Of a stretch of DNA of 35,596 bases, positions 32,283 to 35,596 are shown one piece after another. This stretch comes from Chiloscyllium plagiosum (Eukaryota), in assembly GCF_004010195.1 (NCBI RefSeq), contig NC_057720.1, positions 6,522,852 to 6,558,447 of the forward strand. The letters are read 5' to 3'. How positions within the stretch are numbered: position 1 is the stretch's first letter; each line of letters starts with the position of its first letter. The translations under genes were made by a program, and so were the position numbers. Below the pieces are notes generated by a model, which saw only the letters and a list, made by a program, of their open reading frames with translations, searched no databases and was not told the DNA's origin.

Positions 32283-33933
32283 GCTAAGGAACAGAGGGAC
32301 AAGTATGAAGGAGGAACTGAAAGAAATCCTTATTAGTCAGGAAATTATATTCAGTAAATTGATGGGATTAAAACCCGCTAAGTCCCAAGTGCATCCCAGA
32401 GCACTTAAGGAAGTGGCCCGAGAAACAGTGGATACATTTGTGATCATGTTACAGCATTCTGTAGACTCTGGAAGAGTTCCAATGGACTGGAGGGTAACTA
32501 ATGTAACCCCATTCTTGAAAAAAGGAGGGAGAGAGAAAATGGGGAATTATAGGCCGGCTAGCCTGACATCAGTGTTGGGGAAAATGCCGGAGTCACTCAT
32601 AAAGGATGATGTAATAACTGAGCATTTGGAAAGTGGGGACAGAATCGGTCCTAGTCAGCACAAATTCACTAAAGGGAAATCATACTTGACAAATCTTCTG
32701 GAATTTTTTGAGAATGTAACCAGGAGAGTAGACAATGGTGAATCAGTAGCTATTGTGTATCTGGACTTACAAAAGGCTTTTGACAAGGTTCCACACAAGA
32801 GGTTAGTGAGGACAATTACAGCTCATAGTGTCAGAGCTAATGGATGGAAATGGATAGAAAATTGATTGGCAGACAGGAAGCAGCGAGGTGGAGTAAACGA
32901 GTCCTTTTCAGAGTGGCAGGCAGTGATGAGTGGAGTACGGCAGGGTTGAGTGTTGGGACTCCAGTTGTTCACAATATACATTAACGTTTTGGATGAAGGA
33001 ATTGAATGCAATATCTCTGAATTTGTAGATGACACTGAACTGGGTGGCAGTGTGTGCTGTGGCGAGGATGCTAAGAGGCTGTAGGGAGACTTGGACAGAT
33101 TGGCTATGTGGGCAAATACTTGGCAAATGTAGTATAATGCAGATAAATGTGAGGTTATCCATTTTGGCCACAAAAACAGGAAAGCAGGTTCTTATCTGAA
33201 TGGTGGCAGTTTAGGAGAAGGTGAGGTGCAACAAGACCTGGGTGTCATGGTGATACAATCACTGAAGGTTGGCATTCAGGTGCAGCAGGCAGTGAGGAAA
33301 GCTAATGGCATGTTGGTCTTCATAGTGAGAGGGTTGGAGTATCAGAGTAAGGATGTCTTGCTGCAGTTATACAAGGCCTTGGTGAGGCCACACCATGAGC
33401 TTGGTGTGCAGTTTTGGTCTCCTAGTCTGAGGATGGACACTTTTGCTAATGAGGGAGTTCAGCGAAGGTTCACCAGACTGATTCCTGGGAAGGCAGAGCT
33501 GACAGATGAGGAAAGACTGGGTCGACTGGGCTTGTACTTGCTGGAATTTAACAGAATGAGGGGATCTCATAGAAATATGTAAAACTGTGATGGGACTAGA
33601 AAGGCTAGATGTGGGAAGAATGTTGGGGAAGTCTGGAACAAGGGGTCACAGTCTAAGAATAAGGGGTAAGCAAGCCTGGACTGAAGAATTTCTTCACTCA
33701 GAGATTTGTGAATCTGTAGAATTGTCTCCCACAGGAAGCTGGTGGGGCCAGTTCATTAGATATATTCAAGGGGGAACTGGACATGGCCCTTGTGGATAAA
33801 GGGATCAAAGGGCATGGGGAGAGGGCGGCAATGGGATACTGAGATTGCAGGATCATCCATGATCATTTAGAATCATGGTGCAGGTTCGAAGGGCCAGATG
33901 GCCTACTCTTACACCTATTTTCTATGTCTCTAT
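32283..33933 (+). pseudogene. 5'-truncated CR1 ORF2 (reverse transcriptase domain) with stops and frameshifts
   Basis: PMDWRVTNVTPFLKKG..GNYRPASLTS..YLDLQKAFDKVPH; GVRQG*VLG; FVDDT near 33022; TCTATGTCTCTATG tail. Confidence 0.95.
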
Positions 33934-33957
33934 GTTATCCATTAGCCAACATTGCAA

Positions 33958-34293
33958 GGACAGCATGGTGGCTGAGAGGTTAGCATTGCTGCCTCACAGT
34001 GTCAGGGACACGGGCTCAATTCCACCCTGGGTTGACAGTCTATGCATTTGTATGTTCTCCCCATGTCTGTGCGGGTTTCCTCTGCGTACTCTGGTTTCTT
34101 CCCGCAGTCCAAACAATAGGCAGATTAGGAGAATTGGTTACACTAAATTGCTCATAGTGTGAAGGGTTGTGTAGGCCAGTTGGACAAGACATGGGAAATG
34201 CAGGGATGAGGTGGGTCTGGATGGGATGCTCTTCAGAGGGTCGGTGTGGACTTAATGGGTCGAATGGTCTGCTTTCACACAATAAGGATTCTA
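33958..34293 (+). mobile_element. Older HE1-type SINE
   Basis: Head and tail similar to the other copies. Confidence 0.85.
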
Positions 34294-34850
34294 TGAACAG
34301 TGATTCCACGGTCACAAGCACATTAGCATTACATGGGATCTTGCTGTGCACTGTTTGGCGGCTGCGTTTCTTACATTACAACAGTCACCGTCCTTCAGAA
34401 GTGCTTCATTGGCTGTGAAGCACATCTGGAGGCTATGAAAGTGCCACATAAATTCAGTCTGTGTTTCAATCCATGCCTGGTGCTTTTCCCCACCTCATCC
34501 TGGAAATGTTTCACATTTTAAGAATGCATCCAGTCCCCTTTGTGAATTATTATCGAATTGACTCCTGTCACTCCAACTCAGTTATTACAGCGCAAACACC
34601 GCCGGTCAAAACCTGTCTTTGGAGAAATGTTGGCCCTCTCGCCCATTAAATAATTCCTGTTTGAGATTTGAGCAGGAAGGGAAATGCAGCCTGTTGAGAG
34701 CTGGCCTTAATTGGTAATGAGCAGATAAACAATCAGCTTCCTTCTCTTTATTATGAAAGCTTCAGCATTCCCAATCTCAGGCAGTAACTGGATCCTGATA
34801 TAATAGGGGGCAGTTCTGCACCATCACTGCCTTCCATTGTTCCTTTGCAG

Positions 34851-34878
34851 GGCTAGAATTTGCCCGCATGGGTCAAAG
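34851..34878 (+). CDS. Candidate 28-nt microexon (contains ATG at 34868: MGQ(R/S))
   Basis: CCTTCCATTGTTCCTTTGCAG| acceptor and consensus AAG|GTGAGT donor in unique sequence. Confidence 0.4.
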
Positions 34879-35057
34879 GTGAGTCTGCCTTCACATTTGG
34901 GCTTTTTCTTTGTACACAATGCTGTTTTTCAACAGGGCTCGCACAGAAATAAGACATTACATCTGATTCTTAATGGTCACACTAATGAATACTTGAACAT
35001 ATTATTCTGTGGTAAGCCCAACAGGAACATCCATAATCCTTTAATTATGGTTAAGAA

Positions 35058-35340
35058 GGTAACAATAAAATTGTTCCTTTTTAAGTACACGTCTCCTTCC
35101 CCCACTGAGCTCTATCCCTCCCCCCCACTCCCTCTTTAATTGGTTCGATGGAATGTGGATTCTATTATGCTTCATAGATTGAAGGAGGATTTAGGTTTGG
35201 TAACAATAAAATTGTTCCTTTTTAAGTACACGTCTCCTTCCCCCACTGAGCTCTATCCCTTCCCCCCCACTCCCTCTTTAATTGGTTTGATGGAATGTGG
35301 ATTCTATTATGCTTCATAGATTGAAGGAGGATTTAGGTTT
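35058..35340. repeat. Tandem duplication of a 141/142-bp unit
   Basis: 35058-35198 versus 35199-35340 differ by one C>T and one extra T. Confidence 0.97.
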
Positions 35341-35409
35341 CTCAGTAGCTGCTATTTTGTTTCCATACTTCAGATAACCACAGACCCCTGATCTTTAAGA
35401 TTAGATTAG

Positions 35410-35596
35410 TGGGCGGCACGGTGGCACAGTGGTTAGCACTGTTGCCTCGCAGCGCCAGAGACCGGGGTTCAATTCCCGCCTCAGGCGACTGACTGTGTGG
35501 AGTTTGCATGTTCTCCCCGTGTCTGCGTGGGTTTCCTCCGGGTGCTCCGGTTTCCTCCCACAGTCCAAAGATGTGCAGGTCAGGTGAATTGGCCAT
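35410..35596 (+). mobile_element. Young HE1 SINE (truncated by window end)
   Basis: Nearly identical to ~27111-27297. Confidence 0.95.

Larger units (their letters stand above)
32095..34465 (+). mobile_element. Deu-domain SINE split into three pieces by CR1 and HE1
   Basis: TACTGAGTAAGTGCTGCAGTGTTGGAAG...GATGAGAC...CAATATTTAT | TTATCC..CCAACAT | GGGATCTTGCTGTGC...TTACATTACAACAGT...CTTCATTGGCTGTGAAGC. Confidence 0.75.

Noticed and set aside
32281..33582. Longest ORFs (194 aa, 118 aa) as a functional reverse transcriptase gene
   Set aside because: Fragments of one 5'-truncated CR1 ORF2 with in-frame stops and frameshifts and no endonuclease domain.
17430..34878. Naming the host gene
   Set aside because: None of the candidate exon peptides matches a protein I can recognise.
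1..35596. CRISPR array or prokaryotic defence system
   Set aside because: No regularly spaced repeat-spacer array or operon; all recurring sequences are dispersed vertebrate retroelements.

Overview
Repeat-dense vertebrate genomic DNA, almost certainly from a shark: it carries many HE1-type V-SINEs, CR1/HER1-type LINEs, Deu-domain SINEs and Penelope-like elements (PLEs). No complete host gene is recognisable, so the window looks intronic or intergenic. Most ORF-track entries are CR1/PLE remnants, antisense readings of repeats, or chance ORFs. Main points: (1) several PLE 3' ends carry minimal hammerhead-ribozyme motifs; one is intact (25162-25197, minus), and stem I covaries between families. 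(2) Four ~140-210 bp fold-back elements built from the PLE terminus each have their own 12-15 bp target-site duplication (TSD), with the fold apex on the hammerhead. (3) A four-layer nest (solo LTR > CR1 > solo LTR > PLE, 24667-27515) has readable TSDs. (4) Several plus-strand candidate exons lie in the non-repetitive islands, including a 28-nt microexon with strong splice signals, possibly alternative 5' exons of an unidentified gene. A 248-N assembly gap lies at 25281-25528. Family names come from recalled consensus features, not a database search, and boundaries without a stated TSD are approximate.
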